Positions 8,042-18,134 of a stretch of DNA of 32,000 nt are shown here, piece after piece (within the stretch, counting starts at the first letter, position 1; each line of letters opens with the position of its first letter). The notes under the pieces were generated by a model. That model did no database searches, was not told the DNA's origin, and saw only the letters and a list, made by a program, of their open reading frames with translations. The translations under genes and the position numbers were made by a program. Source of the stretch: Shewanella phage S0112; the sequence record MK675901.1; one strand, 5' to 3'.

Positions 8042-9571
8042 ATGGGTCGCGTTTTAACTAATAACACCAGCCTACAGGTGGCTGAAGAGGAAACCATCGG
8101 GGTACTCCCAACGAGCCCAACATGGTACACTCTTGAACCTAATAGTGTTGGTAGCTATGGGGCAACCATCACGACTACCCCTAGAAGCCCAATATCTCGT
8201 AGCCGTCAACGCCGTAAGGGTTCTATTACCGACCTTGATAGTGCAGTAGAGTTTGAGGCGGACCTGACCTTGGATCACTGGAGGCGCTTTGTTGAGAGCT
8301 TTGTCTTCGCCTCAGCGACTAATCGTATTATCAGCTTTGCCGCCGCTGATACAAGTGCTACCGGATTTACCGTCCCGGCTCTTGTAGCTGCTCAAGTGGA
8401 TCTCCTAGCATATGCAGCGACTGGTGCAAAGAGCTTGTTCCATGCCGCAGGGTATGCTATAGATTCCAATAACGGCTTGAAGGTTTTGGATGCCGCACCA
8501 GTTATTGCTGGCACCACCCTGGATGTATCTCCAGCCCCAACTGTGGAAACAGCAGCGGCTAACTCCATCCTTGATATCGCCGGCGTAAGGGCAGTTACTG
8601 GCGATTTGGCTTTATCTATTACTGGAACAACCGGAACCTTAACTAGCCAAAATAACAGCGTTTTGCCTGCTGACTCTGTTGATTTTACCGCCATTGGGTT
8701 GACGGTTGGACAAATGATCCATATTGGTGGACTTGATGCCGGGACCCGCTTTACGGCTGCTAACTATGGATACGCCAGGATTACCGCCATCGCATCGGCC
8801 GAGCTTTCTTTAGACCGGCTAGACGCTTCACTTGCTGATTCTGCAGGAACCGGTGTGGCAGTTGACCTGTTATTTGGGCAGTTCATTCGGAACGTTCGCT
8901 CTGATAATGACGATTACCTGGAACGTAGTTTCACTTTTGAAGAGACCTGGGTCGGGAACGCTACTAACGGCGACGATACCTTCGAATATGCCAAAGGTAA
9001 CCTTTGTAATACCATGGCACTAAATCTTCCTCTGGCTGATAAAGTTACTATGTCCTTTGCCTTTATTGGCACGGATAGTGAGCCTCCTACAACTACCCGG
9101 GCAACTAATGCGGATACCCCAGTAGCTCCGCTTGAGACAGGGGCATTTAATACTACAAGTGACTGCGTGCGAATGCGCATTGCCGAAGTTGATGAAAGCG
9201 GTATCTATACTGATTTCAAATCCATTACCTTTACCTTCAACAATAACGTAAGTCCGGAAAAGGTCTTGTGTAACCTTGGGGCAAAATATATGAACTTCGG
9301 TAACTTCGAAGTTGATATCGAAACCCAAGTCCTGTTTGCTGACCCACGGATACCTGAAGCTATCCGGCAGAATAGAACTGTTTCCTTCGCCCTCGGGCTT
9401 AAAAACGACGACGGCTGTGTTTATTTGGATATTCCATCTGCTACCCTTGGAGGTGGCGGTAGAGAGCTTCCTGTTAATGAATCGGTTCTTATTAACTTGA
9501 CCATTCAGGCGTTTGAAGATCCAATTCTGAAAACCTCTATTGGCGTTTCCATCTTCCCTGTGGTACCATAA
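8042..9571 (+). CDS. major tail (tube) protein
   Basis: 509 aa directly upstream of the chaperone; MGRVLTNNTSLQVAEEETIGVLPTSPTWYTLEPNSVGSYG...DSAVEFEADLTLDHW. Confidence 0.8.
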   Translation: MGRVLTNNTSLQVAEEETIGVLPTSPTWYTLEPNSVGSYGATITTTPRSPISRSRQRRKGSITDLDSAVEFEADLTLDHWRRFVESFVFASATNRIISFAAADTSATGFTVPALVAAQVDLLAYAATGAKSLFHAAGYAIDSNNGLKVLDAAPVIAGTTLDVSPAPTVETAAANSILDIAGVRAVTGDLALSITGTTGTLTSQNNSVLPADSVDFTAIGLTVGQMIHIGGLDAGTRFTAANYGYARITAIASAELSLDRLDASLADSAGTGVAVDLLFGQFIRNVRSDNDDYLERSFTFEETWVGNATNGDDTFEYAKGNLCNTMALNLPLADKVTMSFAFIGTDSEPPTTTRATNADTPVAPLETGAFNTTSDCVRMRIAEVDESGIYTDFKSITFTFNNNVSPEKVLCNLGAKYMNFGNFEVDIETQVLFADPRIPEAIRQNRTVSFALGLKNDDGCVYLDIPSATLGGGGRELPVNESVLINLTIQAFEDPILKTSIGVSIFPVVP

Positions 9572-9600
9572 TACCATACCTTTAACTTGAGGAATCAACA

Positions 9601-10023
9601 ATGGCTTCATTTTCACACCTTAAGAAGTTGGAAGTAACCCAAGAAAGCACCACTGAATTTACCTTCTACGATATCGATGGTGCTCCGACTTTGATCTGCC
9701 GCCCTGCCACGGAAGCAAACCCGGCCTACCTTAATGCCCTTTTGAAAGAAAACGGGCAGTTGAAAAAAGACCGTAAGAAGATTGTAATTGACCAGGGGAT
9801 GCTGGATATAGTGCGCCAGCAAGATCGGAGAATATTCCCAGAAGCCAACATAGTTGGTTGGTATGACGTGGTTGACGATACCGGGGAAAGTGTCCCTTTT
9901 AGCAAGGAAGCTGCTCAAGAATTTATTTCCTTTCTTCCAGACTGGCTTTTCGATAAACTTCGTGCTCATTTGAACCAACCGAAGAACTTTATCATTGACA
10001 GTGAGGAAAAAGGAAAAAACTAA
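9601..10023 (+). CDS. tail assembly chaperone, short (frame 0) product
   Basis: 140 aa, immediately upstream of a second overlapping reading frame and the tape measure gene; ends ...EEKGKN* at the slippery sequence. Confidence 0.8.
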   Translation: MASFSHLKKLEVTQESTTEFTFYDIDGAPTLICRPATEANPAYLNALLKENGQLKKDRKKIVIDQGMLDIVRQQDRRIFPEANIVGWYDVVDDTGESVPFSKEAAQEFISFLPDWLFDKLRAHLNQPKNFIIDSEEKGKN

Positions 10024-10403
10024 GCAGTAGGCTGATCTGGGAGATTAAATTTGCCAAGGATGGCTTCTCAGTCGAAAGTGCCAAAGAAAAAGGTCGACCC
10101 CTGCCAGACTGGTACTTAGATGAGCCTACCCTAGAAAAAGGGGATGCCTTCTTTATGAAGGCTTTTTATGATCTCAATAGCTGCCGTCAAATAGGCATGG
10201 GCTTAGGCCCAATACCATGGACGGCCATCATTCAATATGCAGAACATTATGGCTTAGACCAAGATGTTACTGAACCCTTCGTTGATATCGTTTGTACCAT
10301 GGATCAGGCATTCCTTGATTACCACAATAAGTCTATCGAGGATAACCGCCGAGCCCAAAAGCTTAAGGGTAACCAAGAGCGAAAGGGGAGGCCAAGAAAG
10401 TAG
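9601..10403 (+). CDS. tail assembly chaperone, long frameshifted product (-1 at A_AAA_AAC, 10014-10020)
   Basis: The -1 frame is open from 10005 to the stop at 10401-10403 and reads ...LSSRLIWEIKFAKDGFSVESAKEKGRPLPDWYLDEPTLEKGDAFFMKAFYDLNSCRQIGMGLGPIPW.... The ATG of the listed ORF (10155) lies in the middle of this frame. Fusion is about 267 aa. Confidence 0.8.
10014..10020 (+). promoter_or_regulatory. programmed -1 ribosomal frameshift slippery heptamer A_AAA_AAC
   Basis: AAAAAAC is in the correct phase (AAA at 10015, AAC at 10018 in frame 0), one codon before the TAA at 10021. Confidence 0.8.
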
Positions 10404-10412
10404 CGAGGGGCT

Positions 10413-13217
10413 ATGGCTGATTTTCGAATTAGGGTCATAATAGATCCTTCAGCTGCTGAAGCAGGAACCAGACGCATTAAGAACCAGCTCCAGTCCCTGG
10501 AAAGGACTGGTTCTCGCGTTGGATCCGTCCTTACCCAGGCACTAGGTTTGGCAGGGGCAGCAGCAGGGGTTCGGGAACTCGTCAGAATTCTTGATACCCT
10601 GACCAATGTGGAAAATAGGCTCAAGCTTGTCACGGCATCTACCGCAGAATTGAACGCCGTAATGGGCGAACTCTTCGATATCTCCAATGCTACCAGATCA
10701 AGCTTCGAAACAACCGCCCAGCTATTCAGCCGGGTGGCGTTATCCGTTCGCCAGCTTGGGCTATCCCAGCGGCAAACACTTCAATTTACTGAATCCCTTA
10801 ACCAAGCGGTAATCCTTTCCGGCGCTAGTGTTCAAGAAGCCGGATTCGCGATTATCCAGCTATCCCAAGGTCTAGCATCCGGAACCCTTCGTGGGGATGA
10901 ACTGCGTTCAGTTCTTGAGCAATTGCCTTTTGTAGCGGACGTTATCGCCGAAGGGCTTGGGGTTACCCGTGGGGAGTTGCGCCTATTAGGCCAACAAGGT
11001 AAGATCAGCGCAAAAGAAGTTATTGATGCTTTCGAGGCAGCTCAAGGGCGTCTAGAACAATTATTTGCTGAAACCACACCTACAATAGGCCAGGGGTTTA
11101 CCGTACTTCGTAACAGCATTATTGAAACCATAGGTGCCATAGATGACGCCTATGGTATTAGTGAAACTTTCGCTAGGTCTTTAATATATCTAGCTGAAAA
11201 TATGGATACCGTTGTCGATGTAGCAGAAGGCTTAATAAATCTATTGGTTGCTGGCCTAGCCTTGCGTGCTATACCTCAGGTAATAGCCGCTGTCAACGCA
11301 CTTACTTTGGCTATAGCCGCTAACCCATTAGGAGCCCTAATCGTTGCTGTTACGGCTACAGTGGCGGCTGTAACCGCTTTTTCCCATATGATTCCGGTCA
11401 CTGCAGATGGCCTAGCCAGTTTAGAAGATTTGGGTTCGGCTGCTTTTGCTACCGTTGCTGAATCGGTTGCTGGCATCAGCGCAAATATAGACACTCTTCT
11501 TAGTGAGGATTTCCCGTTATTAGAATCTGGCTTCTCTTTAATTAAGGAGAAGGCCAGCCCGTTATTTGAGATTGCAGATGAGTTCCTTGATGGGATAGAC
11601 TTTTCCTTCGCAGGAGCATTACGCTTAGCGGCGAGGTATTCAGACCTCATCTTGAATACCTGGCTGGGGGTGTTTAGAGCTATCAAAACAGCCTTTAGTA
11701 CTTTGCCCGATGTCTTAGAAAATTTATTCATCGATGCTTTCAATGGGATTTTAACCTTAACAGAAGATTTAATCTCAAATGTTATTGCAGGGGTTAACAG
11801 GCTTAGATCTTTTGTTGGTGCAGATCAACTAGATTTTGTAGGTCTTCCGCGTATTCAGGCAGAAACCGAAACTGGCTTTGGCGATTTAGGAACTTTAGCT
11901 GCTGAAGCCTTCCGTTCTGGGTTCGAGACTGGGAGAGTTGAAGAGTTCCTTGATAAGCTCTTAATTAAGGCTGAGGAGATAGCTAAGAAAAGGCTAACCC
12001 CGCCACCCACCGAAGGCGTCGATTTAGACCAGCCAGGGCAAGTTCGGAATGTGATACCTTTTGCAATTCGGGAGCAATTGCGACTCTTAGAAGAAGAAGC
12101 TCGAATTCTTGGTCTATCCAATCGGGAAAGAGAAATTCAGCAAAAGTTATTAAAAGTAGAAGAGAAATTGCGCTCTTCTAACGTAGAGTTATTGCCACAG
12201 TATCGTACTCTTATTGAAGCTCAGCTACGCTATAACCAAGCCCTAAAAGAACAGGCAGATGTTTACAATTCTTTAAAAGGGCCACAAGAAGAATTACAAG
12301 TTAGGCAAGAAGCCTTGAACGCCCTTTTAGTGAGCGGTCGGCTATCAGCAGAAGAGTTTGCAGCAGCAATGACTACCCTACGGGTGGAGCAAGCTCAGTT
12401 AAATATAGAGCTCGGAACTGGGACTTTTTCTGATGGGTTTATTGTTGGTATCGAGAGGATGCTCGAATCCGTTAGGAACTTCGAATCTGAAGCTGGGCAA
12501 ATTTTCGCTAGCTTCTTTGAACAATCAACGGAAGGCTTTGCTAATGCCACGGCGAATGCTATAGTATTCGGAGAAAGCTTTGAGGAGGCTGTTGGCAATG
12601 CAGCGAGGGCGGCGCTTAGGGATCTTCTGGCTGGGCTGATAAAGCTTGGGTTACAATTTGTTCTTAATGCAACCCTCGGCCAGGCATTAGGGTCTGCCGC
12701 TGTAGCTGCTGGTACGGCCCAGGCTGCGGCGCTGTCTTCGGCCTACGCCAGTGCAGCCACCTTTGCCTCCCTGGCCTCCTTCGGGGCTAATGCTGTCCCA
12801 GCACAAGCCGGTATCGCTTCGACCTTCGCCTTAACCCAAGGGTTAGCAGTGGCAGGCTTCGCAGACGGCGGTTCAGTATATGGCCCAGGGGGTCCAAGGG
12901 CAGATATGATCCCAGCAATGCTGTCAAACGGAGAATTTGTGGTTAATGCCAGATCAGCTTCTAGGTTTAGGCCACTACTGGAGCAGATCAACAAGCCAGG
13001 TGCTTACCAGAATGGGGGTATGGTAGGATTAGACCAGGAATCTTTGCAAAGCAGTGCAGGAAGTCAAAAGCAGGGCGGGGATAGCTTCAGGTTAGTTAAC
13101 GTGCTTGATCCAAGCCTCGTTGGAGATTTCTTGACTTCCCCATCTGGAGAGCAAGTCCTGGTTAATGTTATTGAACGGAATGCGAGTTCTCTTCGACAAA
13201 TTTTTAGGAACGGTTGA
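10413..13217 (+). CDS. tail tape measure protein
   Basis: 934 aa; tape measure N-domain (NRLKLVTASTAELNAVMGELFDISNATRSSFETTAQLFSRVALS...GTLRGDELRSVLEQLP); hydrophobic segments; C-terminal DGGSVYGPGGPRADMIPAMLSNGEFVVNARSASRFRPLLEQIN. Confidence 0.92.
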   Translation: MADFRIRVIIDPSAAEAGTRRIKNQLQSLERTGSRVGSVLTQALGLAGAAAGVRELVRILDTLTNVENRLKLVTASTAELNAVMGELFDISNATRSSFETTAQLFSRVALSVRQLGLSQRQTLQFTESLNQAVILSGASVQEAGFAIIQLSQGLASGTLRGDELRSVLEQLPFVADVIAEGLGVTRGELRLLGQQGKISAKEVIDAFEAAQGRLEQLFAETTPTIGQGFTVLRNSIIETIGAIDDAYGISETFARSLIYLAENMDTVVDVAEGLINLLVAGLALRAIPQVIAAVNALTLAIAANPLGALIVAVTATVAAVTAFSHMIPVTADGLASLEDLGSAAFATVAESVAGISANIDTLLSEDFPLLESGFSLIKEKASPLFEIADEFLDGIDFSFAGALRLAARYSDLILNTWLGVFRAIKTAFSTLPDVLENLFIDAFNGILTLTEDLISNVIAGVNRLRSFVGADQLDFVGLPRIQAETETGFGDLGTLAAEAFRSGFETGRVEEFLDKLLIKAEEIAKKRLTPPPTEGVDLDQPGQVRNVIPFAIREQLRLLEEEARILGLSNREREIQQKLLKVEEKLRSSNVELLPQYRTLIEAQLRYNQALKEQADVYNSLKGPQEELQVRQEALNALLVSGRLSAEEFAAAMTTLRVEQAQLNIELGTGTFSDGFIVGIERMLESVRNFESEAGQIFASFFEQSTEGFANATANAIVFGESFEEAVGNAARAALRDLLAGLIKLGLQFVLNATLGQALGSAAVAAGTAQAAALSSAYASAATFASLASFGANAVPAQAGIASTFALTQGLAVAGFADGGSVYGPGGPRADMIPAMLSNGEFVVNARSASRFRPLLEQINKPGAYQNGGMVGLDQESLQSSAGSQKQGGDSFRLVNVLDPSLVGDFLTSPSGEQVLVNVIERNASSLRQIFRNG

Positions 13218-13218
13218 T

Positions 13219-14274
13219 ATGGCCTTTATCAGTGGAACAGCTACGAATGCTGAAAATCTTCTTTCTATATTTAGGACGTTTATTACTTCCCACCCTGATC
13301 TTTTAGATCCTGCTGGGGATGGAAGCCTCCCTTCCCAGGCGTGGCAGGAATTAAAATATGTTGCTGGCACCCCCGGTGGCGGAACGGGATCTTCACCGTA
13401 TGAGCTTTATTTAAGAGGGCCAGGGCTTGCGAACCAAGATAATATCTATATTAACGTTTCCTTACAGAACGTAACTACAACAGGCTTGGATTCGTGGCTG
13501 TGGCGGATTGATGGGGCAACAGGATTCTTAGCTGGTAGCGATTTTGGTAATCAGCCTGGGAATAATCCGAATACGGCAGGCAGCCGTTATATAAATATGC
13601 CCTTATACGACCAATCTATGCCTTATTGGATATACGCAAATGGCCGCCGCTTTATAGTTATTGCCCAGGTGACTGCATCAGTATATGTCCATTGCTATGG
13701 TGGTTTCTTGATACCTTATGCCCCTGCCCTTAGTGCTTTAGAATATCAATACCCACTATACATTGGTGCTAACCAAGGCTTACCAGCGAGGTTCTCAAAC
13801 ACCTCGCCAGCTTCGATGAGAAGTTTTTGGAACCCTGCCTACGCCGATACCTTTTATGGTTCTGCTTTTGTGTATACCCCTGGAAATACCTGGCAGTGGG
13901 TACGTAATGTGACTAGCGCTAATAGTGAGCAAAACGATGACTCCTCTATCCCTGATGACACCAGCGATTACCCCATTGGCAGAATTCTTCCAAGGAATAG
14001 GTACTGGAACGGGGCTGCAACAGGAACCTGGCCGTTAAACCAGACACCATTACTCGACGGGTCCTATTTATTATACGATCTGGAGGTAGTAAGCCCCTCA
14101 ACTAATTTCTTACACTTGACCGCATTCTATGGGGTATTGGATGGGGTCTCTTGGCTTTCAGGGGTATCTCAATCCTCGCAAAATACCTTGGCTATAGGAA
14201 GTGACACCTACATAGTATTTCAAGAAGCACATAGAACTGACGAGGCTTCTTTTATAGCGATTTTGGAGAGTTAA
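13219..14274 (+). CDS. tail structural protein (paralog A)
   Basis: 351 aa from MAFISGTATNAENLLSIFRTF; located between tape measure and distal tail genes. Overlaps the previous stop. Confidence 0.6.
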   Translation: MAFISGTATNAENLLSIFRTFITSHPDLLDPAGDGSLPSQAWQELKYVAGTPGGGTGSSPYELYLRGPGLANQDNIYINVSLQNVTTTGLDSWLWRIDGATGFLAGSDFGNQPGNNPNTAGSRYINMPLYDQSMPYWIYANGRRFIVIAQVTASVYVHCYGGFLIPYAPALSALEYQYPLYIGANQGLPARFSNTSPASMRSFWNPAYADTFYGSAFVYTPGNTWQWVRNVTSANSEQNDDSSIPDDTSDYPIGRILPRNRYWNGAATGTWPLNQTPLLDGSYLLYDLEVVSPSTNFLHLTAFYGVLDGVSWLSGVSQSSQNTLAIGSDTYIVFQEAHRTDEASFIAILES

Positions 14275-14275
14275 C

Positions 14276-15223
14276 ATGGCGTATGAAACAGGCTCGGCTA
14301 TTAATCCAGCGGACCTCTTAGATAAACTCAGCGTCTTTGCTGTTGCAAATGGGTTTACCCTAGACGCGCTGAGACTCGAGAGTGGAAGGCAGACATTGTA
14401 CTTGAATAAGAACGGTGAGTTCTATAGTATGCAGTTTATTCCCTCCACTTCTACCCAAAATTCTTACATTCAGATTAACCTAGCTACTGGGTTTGTATCT
14501 GGGGCTACCTTTGGCCTCCAACCGAATAGTAACGCAACCCTCGCAGCTAATACGCGGTGCCATGTGAATCACGTTCTAAATGAGGCTATACCGACTTATC
14601 ATTTTGCATATTTAGATGGCGGTATTTTAACAGTCGTAATGCTGATGGCGACGGGGAATTATGCTACCTTCGGCTTTGGAGAAATTGAAAAGTATGCACC
14701 TTTCACTGGAGGAGGGATAGTCTTAGGAACCATGCTTGAAGCAGACTCAAACAAAGACCACCCTGAAGCTAATACCAATGTATACTATGCAACAAACGCT
14801 GGGACAACCATAAATAGGAGAACCTGGCTACATGCCGAAGTGGACGGAATTTATATGTGGCAGGGTTACCAAGGGCAGCCATCCCCTATCTCCGGTACAG
14901 CTGGTTACTTCGATATGTCCGCTGCTGCCACCTATAGGACTAATTATCAAGTCCACAGTTTAATAAACGGTTTTACCGGGGCAGCTAGGACCGCTCCGGT
15001 AACGATATTTCTGAAACGTAAAGATGGTCTTAACAAAGCAACTCCATTAGGGTATCTTCGAGACGTCCGCCTTTTTAATATGCGTGATTTTGATCCTGGA
15101 GCTACCTTCGACAGTGATTGGTTAGTGTTTCCCGGTTCAGTCAAAGGGGATCCATTTAGCACCGGAAACCCAACAGACTTTTTTAATAGTGGATGGTACG
15201 GCTTTGCTATAAGGATTCAATAA
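14276..15223 (+). CDS. tail structural protein (paralog B)
   Basis: 315 aa; shares the pattern ATGF..G..FG.QP..N with the upstream protein. Confidence 0.6.
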   Translation: MAYETGSAINPADLLDKLSVFAVANGFTLDALRLESGRQTLYLNKNGEFYSMQFIPSTSTQNSYIQINLATGFVSGATFGLQPNSNATLAANTRCHVNHVLNEAIPTYHFAYLDGGILTVVMLMATGNYATFGFGEIEKYAPFTGGGIVLGTMLEADSNKDHPEANTNVYYATNAGTTINRRTWLHAEVDGIYMWQGYQGQPSPISGTAGYFDMSAAATYRTNYQVHSLINGFTGAARTAPVTIFLKRKDGLNKATPLGYLRDVRLFNMRDFDPGATFDSDWLVFPGSVKGDPFSTGNPTDFFNSGWYGFAIRIQ

Positions 15224-16869
15224 TGCCTAATCAGAGACAAATAGCCTTATTGAATGAAATTGATATCTACCCAGGATATATACAAAATTTTCAGACATTT
15301 TTACCTGTATTATCTGACGGCAGTAGCGACGTATTTGCGGCAGGAAAGTCCACCGCATTCACAGATAATTATCCTCCTAGCTATGCAGGTAATTCCATCA
15401 CCGGCTTATCAGCTAAATCCTATAGGTCTGATTTTTATTCCAAAATTCGTTATTTTGACAAAGAATTTCAGTTAGGGGCTATTACTTCAATTCAAACTAG
15501 GCAACTTTATATAGTCAATACTATTTTAAACCAAAGTAACCTCTTAGGCGCATCCATCCTTGGTGGAGAAGGGATTATTATTACCGGCTTAATTTCCCCG
15601 TATACCTTCCAGCCATATGAGTATCAGCTTGTAGAGGTACAAATCCTAATTGATGGGCCTGCTACTATTAACGCAGAAATTGTTTTTGACTGGCAAGATC
15701 CGGTAGAAGATGATTCTGTAATGATTTTTGGATCGCGAATTGTAGCTTTCCCCTACATTTTTTCCAGTGGTATGCGGGAGACTTTAGAATGGCTTACACA
15801 AATAATGACCTCTTATTCAGGCGAAGAACAAAGGATCAAAGTTAGAAATATCCCAAGGAGTAAGTATTCAGTTGAAGCCCATATCCCCATTGAGCATTGG
15901 AATATTAGCGATAATCTTCTTTATGGCTGGCGAGGGAATACTTGGGGGGTCCCATTATTTTTCGAATGTCGCGAGGTAATCGCCCCTATAACTGCCGGAG
16001 ACTTAGTGGTTAATGTGGATACTAGCTCAGGAAGTTTTCGGGTAGGGGAACTTGCCATTATTTACGATTCTCTTGATAACTATGAGCTTTTCCAGGTTGA
16101 AGATATATCCTCCTCCACTTTAACTGCACAACAGCCATTCTTAAATAACTACCCATTAGGCTCCCTTATAGCACCTGTTTTTGCATGTATAATGGATACT
16201 GATCCAATACGCCGAATTTCTAATGGCAGTGTACGGATAATAGCTACATTCACCGCTACGAATGGATTTATCATCCAAAATCAACCTCCAGAATTAGAGT
16301 ATTTAGGGGAAGAGTTATTCCTGGATGAACAGCTAATCCCTGGACAATCCGCCCCAGATAGCTATAACCGCCGGGTAGACTTTATTGACTTCGATACAAA
16401 CCTACCCAGAGCGTTTAGTCCTTGGGATAAAACCAAGGTGTCTCGCCAGTATTTAGTTGCCACTGATGATATTGATGAGCTGTGGTCCTTCCGCCAATGG
16501 CTTTATCGCCGGAATGGAAGATTTTCGGCTTTTTGGCAGCCATCTCATGAATCCAATTTTACCATTTTAACAACAGGCATTTTGGGGACCTTAATCTTGA
16601 TAAAAGACGAGGAACAAGCAACCTTAGCCCCGACGCGCAAGCATATCATCTTTTATACCGTAGATAATTATTACGTTCGGGAGATACTATCTATTGAAAA
16701 AATAATTGGTGGGGTTAATATTACCCTATCTACTTCTTTAGGAATAGATGCTAAGGATATAATTTATAGCTCGTATCTACACCATAAAAGGTTAGCCACT
16801 GATAAGGTCGAAATTATTCATAACCAAAACTTTGTCTCTGAATGTACCATATCCACAATGGAGCTTTAA
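15223..16869 (+). CDS. distal/minor tail protein
   Basis: 548 aa from MPNQRQIALLNEID; ends with W.FR.WLYRRNGRFSAFWQPSHESNFTI, typical of phage distal tail proteins in this position. One-base overlap with the previous gene; the ORF track start is 15193. Confidence 0.65.
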   Translation: MPNQRQIALLNEIDIYPGYIQNFQTFLPVLSDGSSDVFAAGKSTAFTDNYPPSYAGNSITGLSAKSYRSDFYSKIRYFDKEFQLGAITSIQTRQLYIVNTILNQSNLLGASILGGEGIIITGLISPYTFQPYEYQLVEVQILIDGPATINAEIVFDWQDPVEDDSVMIFGSRIVAFPYIFSSGMRETLEWLTQIMTSYSGEEQRIKVRNIPRSKYSVEAHIPIEHWNISDNLLYGWRGNTWGVPLFFECREVIAPITAGDLVVNVDTSSGSFRVGELAIIYDSLDNYELFQVEDISSSTLTAQQPFLNNYPLGSLIAPVFACIMDTDPIRRISNGSVRIIATFTATNGFIIQNQPPELEYLGEELFLDEQLIPGQSAPDSYNRRVDFIDFDTNLPRAFSPWDKTKVSRQYLVATDDIDELWSFRQWLYRRNGRFSAFWQPSHESNFTILTTGILGTLILIKDEEQATLAPTRKHIIFYTVDNYYVREILSIEKIIGGVNITLSTSLGIDAKDIIYSSYLHHKRLATDKVEIIHNQNFVSECTISTMEL

Positions 16870-16871
16870 GT

Positions 16872-17702
16872 ATGGCCTACGGTGATATCGAAATTTCTGA
16901 AGATTCTGGAGAACCAATTGAGCTTTTTGTATTTGAACGTCCGCAGCAAGTCTTCAGATACACCAATCATGATACGGATATTAATTTTCTTGGTAATACC
17001 TTTGGATCTATTCCAATAAAAAGAAGCAGGGTTGAAGCCACCACAGATCTTGGAAAATCTGGGGTTACCATCGAAATGGTACGCAATGCTACCTTCGCCC
17101 AATTATTTATTGCTAATATACCAGCGGAAACATTTAATGTTACGATCTATCGCACCCATCTTTCCAGCGTTGAGGATTCAATTATTCTCTGGCAGGGTCG
17201 GGTAGTCAATGCTAAGCTCCTTGAATCGACCGCTGAAATATATTGCCAGCCACTGTATACCTCAATCAAGCGCCCAGGATTACGCCGGGCTTATCAAATA
17301 AATTGCCCTCATGTCCTATATGGGCCAAGCTGTAAGGTTGTCCGCGATTCTTTAGCAATTACAACCACCAATACAACTATCGCTGGTAATACCATAACAA
17401 GCCCAGATTTGGTTGAAACGGATGCCCTATTAGGCCCAACCTGGTATACAGGAGGTTATGTGGAAATAACTTCTGGAGGTGCTGTTGATAGAAGATTTAT
17501 AACTAATTACGATAACCTATCTGGTTCTGTAACATTAAACCTCCCATTTAAAGCGCTTGCTAATAATTCAGAGATAACAGTATACCCTGGATGCGATAGG
17601 GTCGTTACAACGTGCTCCTTGAAATTCAACAATCTTGATAATTTTGGCGGTTTCCCATATATTCCCCAGAAGAACCCTATGGATGGTACCCCAATTTTCT
17701 AA
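16872..17702 (+). CDS. tail hub protein, DUF2163 / phage BR0599-like
   Basis: 276 aa from MAYGDIEISEDSGEPIELFVFER; QINCPHVLYGPSCKV and YPGCDRVVTTCSLKFNNLDNFGGFPYIPQKNP match the conserved Cys-containing C-terminal region of the family. Confidence 0.8.
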   Translation: MAYGDIEISEDSGEPIELFVFERPQQVFRYTNHDTDINFLGNTFGSIPIKRSRVEATTDLGKSGVTIEMVRNATFAQLFIANIPAETFNVTIYRTHLSSVEDSIILWQGRVVNAKLLESTAEIYCQPLYTSIKRPGLRRAYQINCPHVLYGPSCKVVRDSLAITTTNTTIAGNTITSPDLVETDALLGPTWYTGGYVEITSGGAVDRRFITNYDNLSGSVTLNLPFKALANNSEITVYPGCDRVVTTCSLKFNNLDNFGGFPYIPQKNPMDGTPIF

Positions 17703-17712
17703 CGGAGGAAAG

Positions 17713-17937
17713 ATGCCTTATATTATTTATGCAATAGTTGTTATTGTTCTTGCCTTTGCCTTACGCCCTAAGCCGCCTTCTCCAACACCACCTTCTTTAA
17801 ATGACTTAGACGTACCAACAGCAGAACAGGGTAAACCAATACCAGTAGTTTTTGGGACTTACGTTGTACAGAGCCCTAACATCGTTTGGTATGGGGATCT
17901 TGGTTATAATGCCATTAAATCTGGAGGTGGTAAGTAA
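17713..17937 (+). CDS. N-terminal portion of tail tip/hub protein (membrane-like start, Pro-rich, assembly domain)
   Basis: 74 aa; MPYIIYAIVVIVLAFALRPKPPSPTPPSLNDLDVPTAEQGKPIPVVFGTYVVQSPNIVWYGDL, the typical N-terminus of tip proteins; SD GGAGG upstream. Confidence 0.65.
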   Translation: MPYIIYAIVVIVLAFALRPKPPSPTPPSLNDLDVPTAEQGKPIPVVFGTYVVQSPNIVWYGDLGYNAIKSGGGK

Positions 17938-18134
17938 TGGAACCACTACGGGTCTACCCGGAAGATGTATTCTCTGTTCATTATTGTGCTAAAGGGACCC
18001 GCGCATTCTTTAAGAAGTATTCTTTAGATTATGCTCTGTTTCGTAAAGAAGGGATTCCATTAGAAGAAATAGAAGCCCTTAATGATATTATGGCAACTAA
18101 AGTAGCGGAGTATGTGAGGAATGGGCGGAAGTAG
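17937..18134 (+). CDS. small protein nested between the two hub gene parts
   Basis: 65 aa MEPLRVYPEDVFSVHYCAKGTRAFFKKYSLDYALFRKEGIPLEEIEALNDIMATKVAEYVRNGRK; TAATG overlap upstream; stop overlaps the next start. Confidence 0.7.
   Translation: MEPLRVYPEDVFSVHYCAKGTRAFFKKYSLDYALFRKEGIPLEEIEALNDIMATKVAEYVRNGRK

Noticed and set aside
10155-10403. ORF 10155..10403 as an independent gene.
   Set aside because: Its frame is open back to 10005 with protein-like sequence and it joins frame 0 at a correctly phased A_AAA_AAC site, so a frameshift extension is the better explanation.
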